NCBI GenBank assembly: GCA_964016885.1
Contig: OZ024741.1
Span: forward strand, 85,436,001 to 85,500,000
DNA: 64,000 nt
From: Eledone cirrhosa
Lineage: Eukaryota
Direction of reading: 5' to 3'
The position numbers and the translations under genes were made by a program. Positions 40,231-53,759 of the stretch are shown piece after piece. The notes beneath the pieces were generated by a model. It did not search any database. It had not been told where the DNA came from and was given only the letters and a program-made list of their open reading frames with translations. The stretch's first letter is position 1. Every line of letters starts with the position of its first letter.

Positions 40231-40662
40231 AGAGTGGCCATCCAAAATCATCGGGATAGATGACCCCTTAGCCTTTGTCAAGGCAAAATTCTAGGAGAAG
40301 GAAAACTCTGATATAACACCTGCAACCCTGATGGTATCCAATGATGTTGACTTGTTCTTCTTTTTGGTAAATATCATCCTGGTTAAGAGAGTGGGACTGG
40401 CTTTGTGCAGTGCCTTTGCTCACTATAAAAGCTTCACGGCACAGGCATTGCTTTATATCTGGAGATCTCTCAGCACTTGTCATCACATGGTACCATGGGC
40501 CCAGCACTGTGTCAATAATTGTCACAAGTGTAGTGTTTGTACCAGAGTTTTCAAATCGCTGGCTGGACTAAAAAGTCACACTTCTTCAGCGCATCGGTAG
40601 GGGTTCTCCTACATGGATATAAGGTAGCGGCCGTACTCGAAAACGAGTTGGCAGCCACCATA
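39645..40662 (+). mobile_element. Non-autonomous RTE-derived elements (older 39645-40170; younger 5'-truncated 40230-40662)
   Basis: Homologous to 54667-55262. The 3' end encodes a remnant finger CSVCTRVFKSLAGLKSH. Confidence 0.7.
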
Positions 40663-40784
40663 TATGAGAGTGACAGAGAGACTAAAATAATACCTCGAAC
40701 ACCAGACCGACGATTCATCTAAATTTTGATGATAAAATCTTAAAAATATCTTTTACTTTTTTTCCTGTCTCCTTTCATTCTTTT

Positions 40785-41075
40785 GTTATTGTTGTTGATG
40801 CTGTTATTGTTGTTGCTATTGTTGATGTTATTGTTGTTGCTATTGTTGGTGTTATTGTTGTTGCTATTGTTGATGTTATTGTTGTTGCTATTGTTGGTGT
40901 TATTGTTGTTGCTGTTGTTGATGTTATTGTTGTTGCTATTGTTGCTGTTATTGTTATTGCTATTGTTGATGTTATTGTTGTTGCTATTGTTGGTGTTATT
41001 GTTGCTGCTATTGTTGATGTTATTGTTGTTGCTATTGTTGGTGTTATTGATGTTGCTATTGTTGATGTTATTGCT
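40785..41075. repeat. 24 bp minisatellite (ttgttgttgctattgttgRtgtta), about 11 units
   Basis: Direct reading; GAT and GGT variants often alternate. Confidence 0.85.
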
Positions 41076-41969
41076 GTGCTATTGTTGATGTTATTGCTGT
41101 TGTTATTGTTGGTGTTATTGTTGTTGCTGTTCTCATTGTTCTTTTTATATTTATTATTGTCGTTGTTACTGCTGTTGCTGTTATTGGTGCTGTTGCTGCT
41201 CTTGTTATTATTGTGCCATGCTTTGCAGCATAGACGGGATCGGTAAAATAAAGTACCAGTCAAGTACTGGAGTCGATTTAATCGACTTTACCCTCCCCCC
41301 AAATTTCTGGCCTTGTGCCTATATAAGAAACCGCTATTGTTCGTGCTGTTGTTATTGTTGCTGTTGGTAGTGTTGCAGTTTTTTTTTTTTATTTTTTGTT
41401 TCTTTGTTGTTGTTTGTTTCTGTCTGCTCTTTATAATTTCTTCATTACAAAAAATACACAATTATCTGTTGTTTTGTATTTATAAATATTTTATTTTCGC
41501 ATATTTTTAATTTTAATATTTTTTAATATTTATATTTTGACTTTGTTTAAGTTTATTTATTTATATATTGATTTATTTATTTTTTGGTTAATATGTTCTT
41601 CATTTCTTTAAATATGGTTTAAATTTAAACCTGCCCCCCCCCCCCCCACACACACACTCACTATCCAGTTGTCTTGAAGACAAAATAAATATGTAATTAA
41701 TGAAACGTCAATAATTATCATTATAGGTGGAGGTAATTTGAAATGTGTGCGTCCCAACGCAACTGACTCCAATAATAGCATGTATATATGGACCCGTAAC
41801 TCCTGGTGGAGTCATGTGACGCTGTAGTGACATACAGCGTGCCTGGCTGGGGCATTTAAAACATGACGTAGCCCGTCATTCTTCACCTCTGAAAACAACT
41901 AATTTCTTTCTTTCAGAGAAGGTAAGAGAGAGAGAGAGAGAGAAGAGAGAAGAGAGAGAGAGAGAGAGA

Positions 41970-42509
41970 GCAATCAACTCCAGTACTTGACTTGTACTTT
42001 TTTATTGACCTCGAATGAAGAAAAACAAAGTTTACCTCAGCGGGATTTGAATTCAGAGCGCAGAGAGATGAAATGAATACGACAAAGAATTCTATTTGAT
42101 GTCCTAATGACTCTGCTAATTTACCGCATAATAGTGGTTTCTTATATAGGCACAAGGCCAGTAATTTTGAGGGAGGGGAAAGTCGATTAAATCGATCCCA
42201 GTGCATCACTGGTACTTCATTTTATCGATCCCCGTAAGGATGAATGGCAAAGTTAACCTCGGCGCGATTTGAATTCAGATCATAAAGGGACGTAACTCTA
42301 TGCTGCAAAGCATGGCGTCCGACCCTCTACCGATACTGCCAATCCACCGCCCTACTGATAATAGTTGTATATCATTATAGATACGAAAAGGGGCGGTGGA
42401 TTGGCAGTATCGGTAGAGGGTCGGACGCTATGCTTTGCAGCATAGTTACGTCCCTTTACGATCTGAGTTCAAATCCCGCCGAGGTTGACTTTGCCTTTCA
42501 TCCTTACGG
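41970..42509. mobile_element. Family 1 SINE cluster including a head-to-head pair (42135-42352 on -; 42390-42509 on +, cut by the gap)
   Basis: Near-identical inverted heads about 37 nt apart. Confidence 0.85.
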
Positions 42510-42709
42510 NNNNNNNNNNNNNNNNNNNNNNNNNNNNNNNNNNNNNNNNNNNNNNNNNNNNNNNNNNNNNNNNNNNNNNNNNNNNNNNNNNNNNNNNNNN
42601 NNNNNNNNNNNNNNNNNNNNNNNNNNNNNNNNNNNNNNNNNNNNNNNNNNNNNNNNNNNNNNNNNNNNNNNNNNNNNNNNNNNNNNNNNNNNNNNNNNNN
42701 NNNNNNNNN
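42510..42709. other. Assembly gap (200 N)
   Basis: Run of N. Confidence 1.
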
Positions 42710-44600
42710 ATGTTATCAGCCACCTTGAAGATCTCCAGGCTTTTGGTGATCCAAGAATGAGGCACCATGTCAAATGCCTTTTTGTAGTCTATCCATCCCA
42801 TGGCAAGACCAGTGTGTCTCCTCTTGCAATTCCTCATTACCATCTTATCAATAAGTAACTGGTCCTTTGTACCACGTGACTTCTTTCGGCATCCTTTCTG
42901 TTCGTCCGGTAACAAGTTGTTTGTGTGGAGGTGATGGTAGATTTCCTCAGACATAATGCTTGTCAACAGTTTCCACATTACGGACAGACATGTGATAGGT
43001 CTATAGTTGGTAACATCATTACCCTTGATTCGGTCTTTCATTATCAGAACTGTGGTACCTTTTGTCAACCACTCTGGTACCTCACCTGACATCAAGCAGT
43101 CATTGAATATGGTTGTCAGTTTCGGGTGGAGGGATGTTATATTTTTAATCCAATATCCCTGCACACCATCTGGGCCTGGTGATTTCCAGTTGGTTAGTTT
43201 TTTGGCCTGCCCCTTAAGAGTTTCAACTGTGATACTCAAATCAGTTTGTTGGTGTGCCTGTTCACCAATTTCCTTCTGTACTGTCTCAATCCACACTGCT
43301 TGGTCATTATGTTTAACATCCTGCTCCCATATTCCTCTCCAGAGTGTTTTAGTTTGTTCCGCCTCAGGGATCAAGTCGTTGCCTCTTTCTTTCCCTTCAA
43401 GCTGTCCAAACAGCATCTTCTGGTTGTTGTCGAACATGCGGTTCTGTCTATACTGGCTGACTCTGTTCTCGTATCGCCTGATTTTTGCACTCTTTGCTAC
43501 AATGCATTGCTTCAGTTCCTCTATGATAATATTTAGCTTTTTCCTCCTAGTTTTGTACTTTATTTCCAGTCTATTTTTAGTGTCTATGTTTTTTAGTGTC
43601 CCATTCAGTAGGGACTCAAGGTTTCCAATGTCATTTCTCATTTCCCTGATTTGACCACTCAGTCGTTTTTTCCACCAAGGCTCTGCTCTTTCTTGTCTGT
43701 TGTTTCCTCTCGCTTTTATACCAAGTAGTTTCCTCACCGTATTTGCTGTTGCTTTGAGGATATTGTTGCACTGGTGAAGGCTCCTCGCCTCAAGGTATGG
43801 GATGACTTTGTTTACCTTAGCTGCTGTTTCTTTTAACTTTTTCCTGTCTACAAATCTTAGGTTCATAGGTCTCCCACTATCATTGTTCAATTCATCTACC
43901 ACTAAGTTTAGGATATCAACCAAATCTTGTCCTAGCCCATCAGCATTCATCTCCTCAGTGGCCGTATCTCTGTTCCAGGTATTATTTATCTCAGCATTCA
44001 GATCATTGTCTGCTTCGAGTGGTTCCTCCGTTCTCTCGGCCTCTTCACCTTCATTTCCCACTGGCTCGTTTGCCTGGCATACTCCACTCTCCATCTCCAA
44101 GCTAATCTCTCTGCTCAGTTCCTCCAGTTCCAGCTCGCTTATCCACCCATTAGTTCTTATTACCCGAGCCTGCCCGGCCAATTTTTGTTCATCTAATTTA
44201 AATAGACCAATCTCGTTCCAGATGTTATGGATCCGTTTCCTATAGCCTTTCTCCTTGGGGTTACTCTTCAGGTAACATTGCATAACAGTTCTATTCAATT
44301 CTTTCGTCCAGTTGGTTCTGGTCCCTTTCCTTCTTCTTCTTCCTCCGACACCAGCAGTATTTGGGTGACAGCCAGGTCCCTGCTGCTGAGCCAGGGAGCA
44401 CCTGTTGGGTGAGAGTCTGTCACATGACATTCTAGTCGCCATTTCACCGTTATTCGAACTGTTTAGGTTCGACATTTAAACACTCTTATCGAGGATTGGC
44501 GAATGTATGGTTACATAACCACCGGTGAATTCATGGTCTCCGGTGGTTCCGTCACTCCACGTGATTTTTGTGTGACATTATCACGCTGTAGACGAACATA
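42710..44600 (-). mobile_element. R4/Dong-like non-LTR retrotransposon, 5' half with an uninterrupted ORF from ATG 44475 to the gap
   Basis: About 588 codons open. NWKSPGPDG, NYRPITCL, EQKGC, RGTKDQLLIDK and WIDYKKAFDMVPHSW are R4-type RT motifs. Confidence 0.9.
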
Positions 44601-45878
44601 AATAAACAAACAAACAAACAGGCAAAAAAACCCCCCAAAATGAATAAGCATAAGTTTCATTGTAATGTAGTGTTTGAATGTCTGACTTAGTTTTTCCCTT
44701 CCCTTCTCTGTCCGTCTGTTTGTTTTTCTCTTCATTCTTATTTTCTTTACCTTTTTCGTTGTTGCTGTGCTGCTTTGATTTTTATTTTTGTTTTTTTTTA
44801 TTTTGACCGGATCATCAATTCAGTCTATTTATATATTTTGATGCCTTCCTCTTTTAGTGGGGGTTCTACGGTGTAGCAGGGGGTAGCGGGAGAGAATAGC
44901 GGCGGTAGTGATAATGAGGCAGTGGTGGTGGTGGTGGTGGTGGCGGTGCTGTGCTAGCAGCAACTAGCAGGAGGTAGTGGGAGAGAATAGCGGCGGTAGC
45001 GATAAATCATTATTAGGCAGTGGTGGTGGTGATGTGATCGTATTACTGTAGTGATGGTGTTGAAGTTGGAGTAGAAATAGCGGTTGAGTCGACTTAACCA
45101 GAGTTTTCATCGTGGTAGTGGTGGTGGTGTTGGTGGTGAAATTATCTTTAGTTATTTAGTCATTTTGTCATTTTCCTCCTTTTCGACTCTAACATTCCTG
45201 ATCCAAAATTAAATATTAATATTGTTTATTAATATTGTCTAGTGATACCGCCATCTTCCCCTTTCGTAAGTTAACAGAAGGTAATGGGGGGATAACGGTG
45301 GTAGCAATGAAGGAGTGGTGGCGGCGGTGATGGGATAGTGGTAGCAATGATGGATGGGCGGCGGTGGCGGTGACTGTAGTGATGGCGTTGTCGTTACTGA
45401 GTTTTGTTGAATGAACTGTATTTTTGTTTGATCGGTGAATCTATGGGGTTAGTCGCGTATATGTGTTGACATATTTTCTTAATATTGGAATTAAACATTT
45501 TGTTAAAACTTGAGACAATAATAATAGTAATTACTATTATTATGCTGAGATTGGTGGTGGTGGTGGTGGTGAAATTGCCGTTATCTGGCTGATGTGTTTA
45601 GTGTACACAGAGGGGTGATGGGGTAGGTTGTGTATCTAGTTTCTGGTGTTGGTGAAATTGCTGTTATTTGACTGTTCTATATAGTGTAGACAGAGGGGGT
45701 TTTCTTCCATTTATAACCATTTTCTTTTTTGAATATAAAATGTATAATACAAAATTGAATATTTGAGCGATATAATAATATATTATGGATCCGAATTTTT
45801 TTGGGACTCAAGCCGGATGTTTTATGTATCATTTGTACTAAGAATTGTTATTTTACAATTGATTTAAATATGTTAAAA

Positions 45879-45947
<69 letters not shown>

Positions 45948-45984
45948 GTTGTTACTATTATTATTAGTTTTTTTTTTTTTTTTT

Positions 45985-48900
45985 CCAATTCAATGATGTT
46001 CCAGAACAATATAAAAGAGATAATTGACAATTTAGGTTCTGGAACAAAAAAGATAATTGGCAATAAGGGCAGGGGCCCCAGGTTATCACAGCCTGGGTCC
46101 ACTCGTCATCGTGCCATTGTAATAGAGCCAAACAAGGCATTTAGTCTTGGCTGCTGGAACGTACGGACGCTGCTTCACAGGGATTCCTTTGAGCGTCCTG
46201 AACGAAGGATCGCTCTTGTTGCAAAGGAGCTTCGACGTTACGATCTTGACATCGTGGCTTTATCTGAGACGAGGTTAGCTGGAGATGGTCATCTTACAGA
46301 ATTTTGTGGAGAATATACATTCTTCTGGAAAGGAAGAGATGAAGGAACCAGAAGAGAGACTGGGGTAGGATTTGCTGTTAAGACTGTTCTTGTGAATAAA
46401 TTAGAAGAATTCCCAGTAGGGATTAGTGAGCGTCTTATGTCCATGAGAATTCCGCTGGACAAAGGAAGATATGCGACCCTGGTGAGTGTGTATGCTCCAA
46501 CTATGAATTGTCATGCCTTGAAAGGTGTTTTAAGAAATATCCCTCAGGCAGACAAAGTCATCGTGCTTGGTGACTTTAATGCTAGAGTGGGTAGGGATTT
46601 TAACACATGGAATGTAATCGGAAGGCATGGGGTGGGAAAGTGTAACAACAATGGTATGCTCCTGCTGCAGATGTGTGAGGAGCTGGATCTCTGTGTTACC
46701 AACACCATGTTCCAACAAAAGAACAAATTCAAGACCACATGGATGCATCCTGCATCTAAGGAATGGCATCTTTTGGACTACGTCCTAGTCAGGATGTGTG
46801 ACAGACAGGATGTGCAGTGTGTTCGTGCTCTTCGTGGAGCTGAGTGCTGGACGGACCACCGCCTGGTACGCGCAAAAGTGAAACTAATCACTAAACGTAA
46901 AATCGGGGTCCTGGTGTTGCCCTGCCCAAAAGATTGAATGCTGCTCGTCTTAAGGATAAAAATGTGAAGAGAACATTGGAAGAAGAGATGCAGGCTGCAG
47001 ATCATGGTGAGGATTGGTCGACCCTTAAAAAGTCGGTTTATGATGTAGGCAGGCGTGTTCTGGGTTGTTGCAGAGAAAACATCAGGACTGGTTTAATGAG
47101 AATGATGTACATAGAGAAGACTTGTTGGCTGATAAGAGGCGTGCTCTGTCACGCTACTTGACGGCAAAACCACAGGAGAGGAATACGTTGCATGAGGAAC
47201 TCAAGGATGTAAAATCTTAGGCGGAGTCTTTCTCAGATGAAGGATCAGTGGTGGAGTGAGAAGGCTGATGAGATACAAACTGCGTCAGATTCCAATAACA
47301 CAAAGCTGTTGTACAGTCTCTTGCGTGAGGTTTATGGACCGTCTTCTTCTCTGGTGACACCGCTTCGCAGCAAGGATGGCAAAGAACTTCTTCGTGACTC
47401 ACAAGGAATTCTACGAAGGTGGCGAAAGCACTTTGATGATCTTTTGAATCAGCCGTCTGTCGTCAGTGAAGATTTCCTCAATCTCATTCCAGAAAATCCT
47501 GTGAAAGTAGCTCTCACAGTACCTCCGACGCTTGTGGAGGTTGCAGTGGCTATCTCGAAGCTGAACAGTGGAAGGTCTCCAGGTATGGATGGCATACATT
47601 CTGAGCTCCTACAATATGGTGGTGAGAGACTCCTGCAACATCTTCACTCTTTGTTTGGCAGGATATGGGCTAATGAATCTGTACCTGAGGACTGGAGAGA
47701 TGCAGTAATGGTAGTCTTGTACAATGAAAAGGGTAACAGGAATGATTGTGGGAACTACAGAGGTATATCATTGCTTTCTGTCGTAGGGAAAGTTTTATGT
47801 AGAGTGCTTCTGGACCGCCTGCTGACACACATTTCAGATTGTGTTCTTCCTGAAAGTCAATCTGGTTTTCGTGCTGGACGCGGCACTACTGATATGATCT
47901 TCTCAGCTAGACAGCTCCAGGAGAAGTGCATGGAACAAGGTTTGGATCTGTATCAGGTTTTTGTCGATCTAACAAAAGCTTTCGATACTGTTAACAGAGA
48001 TGCATTATGGAAGGTTCTCCAGAAACTGGGTTTCCCTGATAAGTTCCTTGCTTTAGTTAGGTCGTGCCATGACGACATGAAGGTTTGGGTTAATGTCGGA
48101 GGTAACATGTCGGAGCCTATCTCAGTAAAAAATAGAGTGAAACAGGGGGATATTCCAGCACCGACCCTGTTTGCCATATACTTTGCAATGGTTTTCTGTA
48201 TTGCATTCAGGAATTGCGAGCATGGTGTTTACATCCGATATCGAACCTCAGGCAGGATATTTAACATCAGGCGCTTTGCTGCAAAGACAAAAGTATTTAC
48301 ATCAATCATAAGAGACCTCTTGTATACAGATGATTGCCATCTTGTAGCGCACACAGAGAGTGATATGCAGCACATTATGAATGCATTTTCTGACGCTTGC
48401 ACTGCCCTAGGATTGACTGTCAGTCTCAAGAAAACCGGCGTCATGTACCAACCTGCCCCTGGTAAGCAGTACACTGAACCAAATATCTATGTGTATGGTA
48501 AAGGACTTGGAGTGGTTGATCAGTTTGTCTACCTGGGAAGCACTGTCAATCGATACAGCAACTTTGACAGTGAAATCTCACTTAGGATTAGGAAAGCAAG
48601 TGATGCTTTCGGAAAGCTAGAAAGGCGACTCTGGGGTCGGCGAGACATATGCAGGAGGACAAAGGTAAAGGTGTACAAGGCATGTGTGCTCTCTTGTCTT
48701 CTTTATGCCTGCGAGACCTGGGTCACATATCGACACCACCTTAAGCAATTGGAGCGTTTCCATCAGATGTGTCTCAGACGGATCCATGGCGTTCACTGGA
48801 GAGACCACATCAGTGATGTCGATATTTTGGAAAGCTCTATGTGTGACAGTATAGAAGCTCTTGTGTTTAAGCAACGACTCCGTTGGAGTGGTCACCTTGC

Positions 48901-49830
48901 CAGGATGAAGGATTCTAGAATACCAAAACAACTCTTTTGTGGAGAGTTGGTTAAAGGAAAACGACCGCTACATAAACCAAAAAAGAGGTATAAGGATTCC
49001 TTGAAAGCCTCTTTGAAAGACGCTAACATCTCTGCTGATACATGGGAAAATATTGCTGCTGATCGTAATAAATGGAGAAAGACTGTATATGAGGGAAAAG
49101 TTGCCTTTGAGGCATCTCGAATCGCATACGAGAAAGTAAAGCGGGATGTGAGGAAGGGCATTGCTGTTGCACTTCCAGACGGCGAGGGTCCTCTTATGGC
49201 GCTGACATGCAGCGTCTGTGCGAGACTCTGCATGTCAGCCTAAGCATGTCAGTCTGTGCGAGACTCTGCCTAAGCAAAGCTGGACTCGAAAGTCATCTTC
49301 GCAGTCATAAAGTAAGACCAGTGGTTGACTACCAGGCTGCTGTTGGAGATACTACTCATCATGCTTGCCAAACATGTGGTAGAGAATGTAAATCAGCAGG
49401 AGGGCTCAAGCGACATGCAAAAGTACATGAACTCCAACCACAGCCGGCTATTCCCAGTGAATGTTTTGGTTGCCGACTCTGTGCAAGACATTTTAGATCA
49501 TTGGCTGGGCTAAAAAGCCACATTCGATCGCAGCGCTGTTAGTTGCTATCGTGTGTGTGTGTGTGTGTATAGATATGTTTATGTGTGTGCGTGTGTGTGT
49601 ATATATATGTATATGTATATTATTATTGTTGTTGTTGTCGTTATTATTATTATTGTTGTTATTATTATTATTGTTATTAGTGTATATGTGTGTATGTATA
49701 TATATATATGTGTATATATATGTATGTGTGTATATATATATATATATATTTCTTTTTTTTATTTTTATTTTTTATTTTTTTCTCGTGCAATGGCCATACT
49801 CGATAACGAGGGGGCAGCCATCATCATGTA
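45985..49830 (+). mobile_element. Near full-length RTE-clade LINE (APE, RT and C-terminal C2H2 fingers), disrupted
   Basis: APE motifs WNVRTL, LSETR, GDFNARVG and TDH. RT motifs NYRGISLLS, FVDLTKAFDTV, KQGD and YTDD. Frameshifts and a stop at ~46900-47220, a local duplication at ~49205-49270, and a 3' tail ...gcagccatcatcatg after a microsatellite insertion. Confidence 0.92.
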
Positions 49831-50195
49831 TGTATGTATTATGTATGTATTATGTATGTATTATGTATGTATGCATGTATGTATGTATGTATGTATGTAT
49901 GTATGTATGTATGTATACATGTATGCATGTATTATGTATGCTGATGCGTAGAAATAGAGTGTGGGGAAAATTATATTTTTCAATATTTCAGAAAAATAAG
50001 AACTGGGAGAAAAGCTGCTTATAAAGATATTGTAAAGATACAAAAGGGGGTTGTGCCGTGAATATTGTGGAAAGGAGACAATACATGCAAATACATACAT
50101 ACATAAATACATACATGCGTTTATGTATATATATATATATTTATGAACGAATGTATATATGCATGTGTTTGCATTTATTGTCTCCTTTCCACAAT

Positions 50196-50307
<112 letters not shown>

Positions 50308-50689
50308 TATATGCTATTACCATACAGCGGTATTCAATCATGTTTCCATACAATACACGCATATATTCACATATGCATATGTGTGTCTATGTGTGTGCGT
50401 GTATATCTATATGTGTGGGTGTGCGCGCATGTGGGAGCCTGTGCGTGTATGTATTTAGGCTTTATGAGCGTATAAAAGTACAATGCTATATTTTGTGCTA
50501 AAGGCAATGAAATGTAATAACAGAAAAAAATCGATGGGAATGGGAAGCAAAAACAAAAAGGAGAGACATCATTAAATTATTGAGTTAAACGGAATTGGAG
50601 ATAAAATTTATGATATGTAGGTGAGATAATTATGTAAAGAAGGGAAGGAGAATGAAGGGTGGAATAAATAAATGAATATATGCATATGC

Positions 50690-51411
<722 letters not shown>

Positions 51412-51505
51412 GCGCGTGTGTGTGAAAAGTAAACGGAATAAACACAATAGACGATGAAATTAAATGAAGATGTATTTTAGTTTCACACTTAATATAGTAG
51501 GAAAG

Positions 51506-51543
51506 GTTTTAACGTTTCGGATGCTAATCCTTCATCAGAAAAT
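51506..51543 (-). ncRNA. Minimal type I hammerhead motif (Penelope pLTR type)
   Basis: tttt CTGATGA a ggat tagc atcc GAAA cgtt aaaa, with the palindromic aacgtt. Confidence 0.6.
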
Positions 51544-51624
51544 AGAATGAGAAATTAAAGAAGAATTAGAAGATAGAAGAGAGGGAACAGATGCAAAAAG
51601 TGAAAAGCAAGATACTGTGACAGT

Positions 51625-53745
51625 GATAACATCATCACAGATGAGCAAGAAGCTGGGAAGAAAAGTGTTTGGGGCGGGGAAGGGGTGGTGAACAGCTCCT
51701 AATTAACAAATCTGCGATGTCAGATGGGCGGCATCTTAAGAGGAATATAGTTACAGTTTCGTTGAACTACAGGAAATCATTTGATCCTTGGATGATAGAG
51801 GCGCTCCGACTTGCTAAAGTCCCAGACACTATTAGAGCAATTAAGAACTTCTCTTCTTCTTTGGCTAATATCCGAAAGTTAAAAACAGAGGAGGACTCTA
51901 TTTTCAATGATAAAATATATCACAGGAGTATATTTCAAGGAGACAGTCTCTCTGTGCTACTATTTATTCTGTCATTAAACCCATTGTTTGTTCCGCTCAA
52001 GACATGTGAAGGATACATAATTAGCTCACAGAAAGACAGAAATACGTACCTTTGTGGATGACCTGAAACTCTATGCCAAGAACATAAATGAGATGAAGAA
52101 AAATCTTGACCTGGTTACAACGCTCTCAAAGGATATAGAAATGGAGTTTGACCAGGACAAATGTTCATATATAATTGTAAAGCAGGGGAAAACTACAAGC
52201 CAATCTACCAGCATATTTGTCAATGGCCTAACTGTTTCACCGATATCTGACGAGGATACCTGGAGATAGATGAGAATATATCCTATGATTGTATCTGTAA
52301 CAAGGAACGTGTAACCAAGGAAGAAAATACCCGATTAAGAAAAATATGGTCATCTGAAATATCTGCGCACAATAAAACAGTGGTTCACAATATGTTTGCT
52401 GTATCTGTGCTAACACCAACGTTTGGAATACTCGATTGGACGATAGACTAAATCCGAGGAATTGATGTTAAAACAAAAAAAAATCCTAAACAACACCGGA
52501 TTCAACAGTGACATAGACCGCCTATACATGAAATGTAAGCAGGGAGGCAGAAGCCTAACATCAGTCCAAGCAGCATTTGAGTGTCGCATCATATCCCTCC
52601 GAAAACATCTGCGAACCTCCAAGCGTAGGAGCCCATCGGCTGAGCAAGTTTGTTTGCATAAGATCACGAGAGATGGGAAGGAACTCCTTGAAAAATACTC
52701 TCTGCATGAAATTGCCCAGTAAACAGCAGTAAATCCATAGATGAAAAACTACATGCTTATCAGCAAAAGATCATGGATGGATATGTTGCCAGGAGGTTCT
52801 GGAGTGAGAATAATATAGATAAGCAAAGTAGTCTATCTTGGACCAACAACCGCTATATTGGCTCTCACTTTGAAGGATATCGTTTTGCAATCCAAGAACA
52901 GGAAATCAATATAAAATATCTTATTCACAAAAGAGATAGGGATGCAGGCAAAACACATTGATTGACAGCAAATGCAGACTCTGTAGAATTAACATCGAAG
53001 ATGTCACCCATGTCATAAGAAGCTGTCCAAAAATGTCATCATACCTATGAGGCATGATGTAGTGGCCAAATAACTATATAATACAATCCGTAGATAATAA
53101 ACCCCGACAATAAACATATTAAAAGTTACAGCAATGTGGAAAACTTACACATACATAATATGAAAGGGTGCTGGTGGAATGTTACAGCAAAACCCCAATA
53201 AAATGCAAGCATAACAGACCAGATATAATGATATGGGACAGGGAAAAGAAGGCATGCTAAGTGGAAGTTAGCTGCCCAGCAGATTCCAATATAATATTAA
53301 AGATTAGCAAGAAGTAGAATATCTATTCAGAACTAACGAGGAATCTGCAGATACTCCACCTTGACTATACCTTCAGATTTATACCTGTAATTATTGGGGA
53401 ACTGGGATATGTTAGTAACTGCCCCAGTACAAATCGTGTTCTTTCTGCTTCACAGAACCAGAAAGAACACGACTAGTTAGGAAATTACAAGTACAATCCA
53501 TTAATGGAACAGTAAAAATATGTAAAACATTCCAAAAGGTCTGCAGGTAATAACTGCATATACACATGTACAGATACAAAACATATGCACACATATAACT
53601 CAAAACATACACACATACATGCATGCAGACATGCATACATATCTATCTAGTTGATGTTGTTTAAATTCCAATGAAAGAGTCTTCTGTCTACATTAGAAAA
53701 TGACTCTCTCTATTGGTAAAAATTTATAAAATTATAAAAGCAGAA
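51625..53745 (+). mobile_element. Decayed R4/Dong-like retrotransposon, 3' half
   Basis: QGDSLS, DDLKLYA, RLYMKCKQGGRSL and CRLC; homologous to 60186-62450. Confidence 0.85.
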
Positions 53746-53759
53746 CATACATACATACA

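Noticed and set aside
40775-41263. Mucin-like Thr-rich ORF on - and poly-Leu ORF on +
   Set aside because: 24 bp minisatellite plus TTG repeats, with no splice or homology support.
41725-41925. Possible exon or UGA read-through frame on -, or a 5 nt micro-exon on +
   Set aside because: Same old repeat family; stops in all frames and no SECIS evidence.
42469-42773. ORFs that run through the N stretch
   Set aside because: Artefacts of translating the gap; the two sides are a SINE and an R4 element.
44476-44600. HDV-like ribozyme at the R4 5' end
   Set aside because: Hairpins are present, but I could not build the P1/P2/P3/P1.1 double pseudoknot.
43007-49233. Antisense ORFs over the R4 and RTE coding regions
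   Set aside because: Shadow frames of retroelement ORFs with no recognisable motifs.
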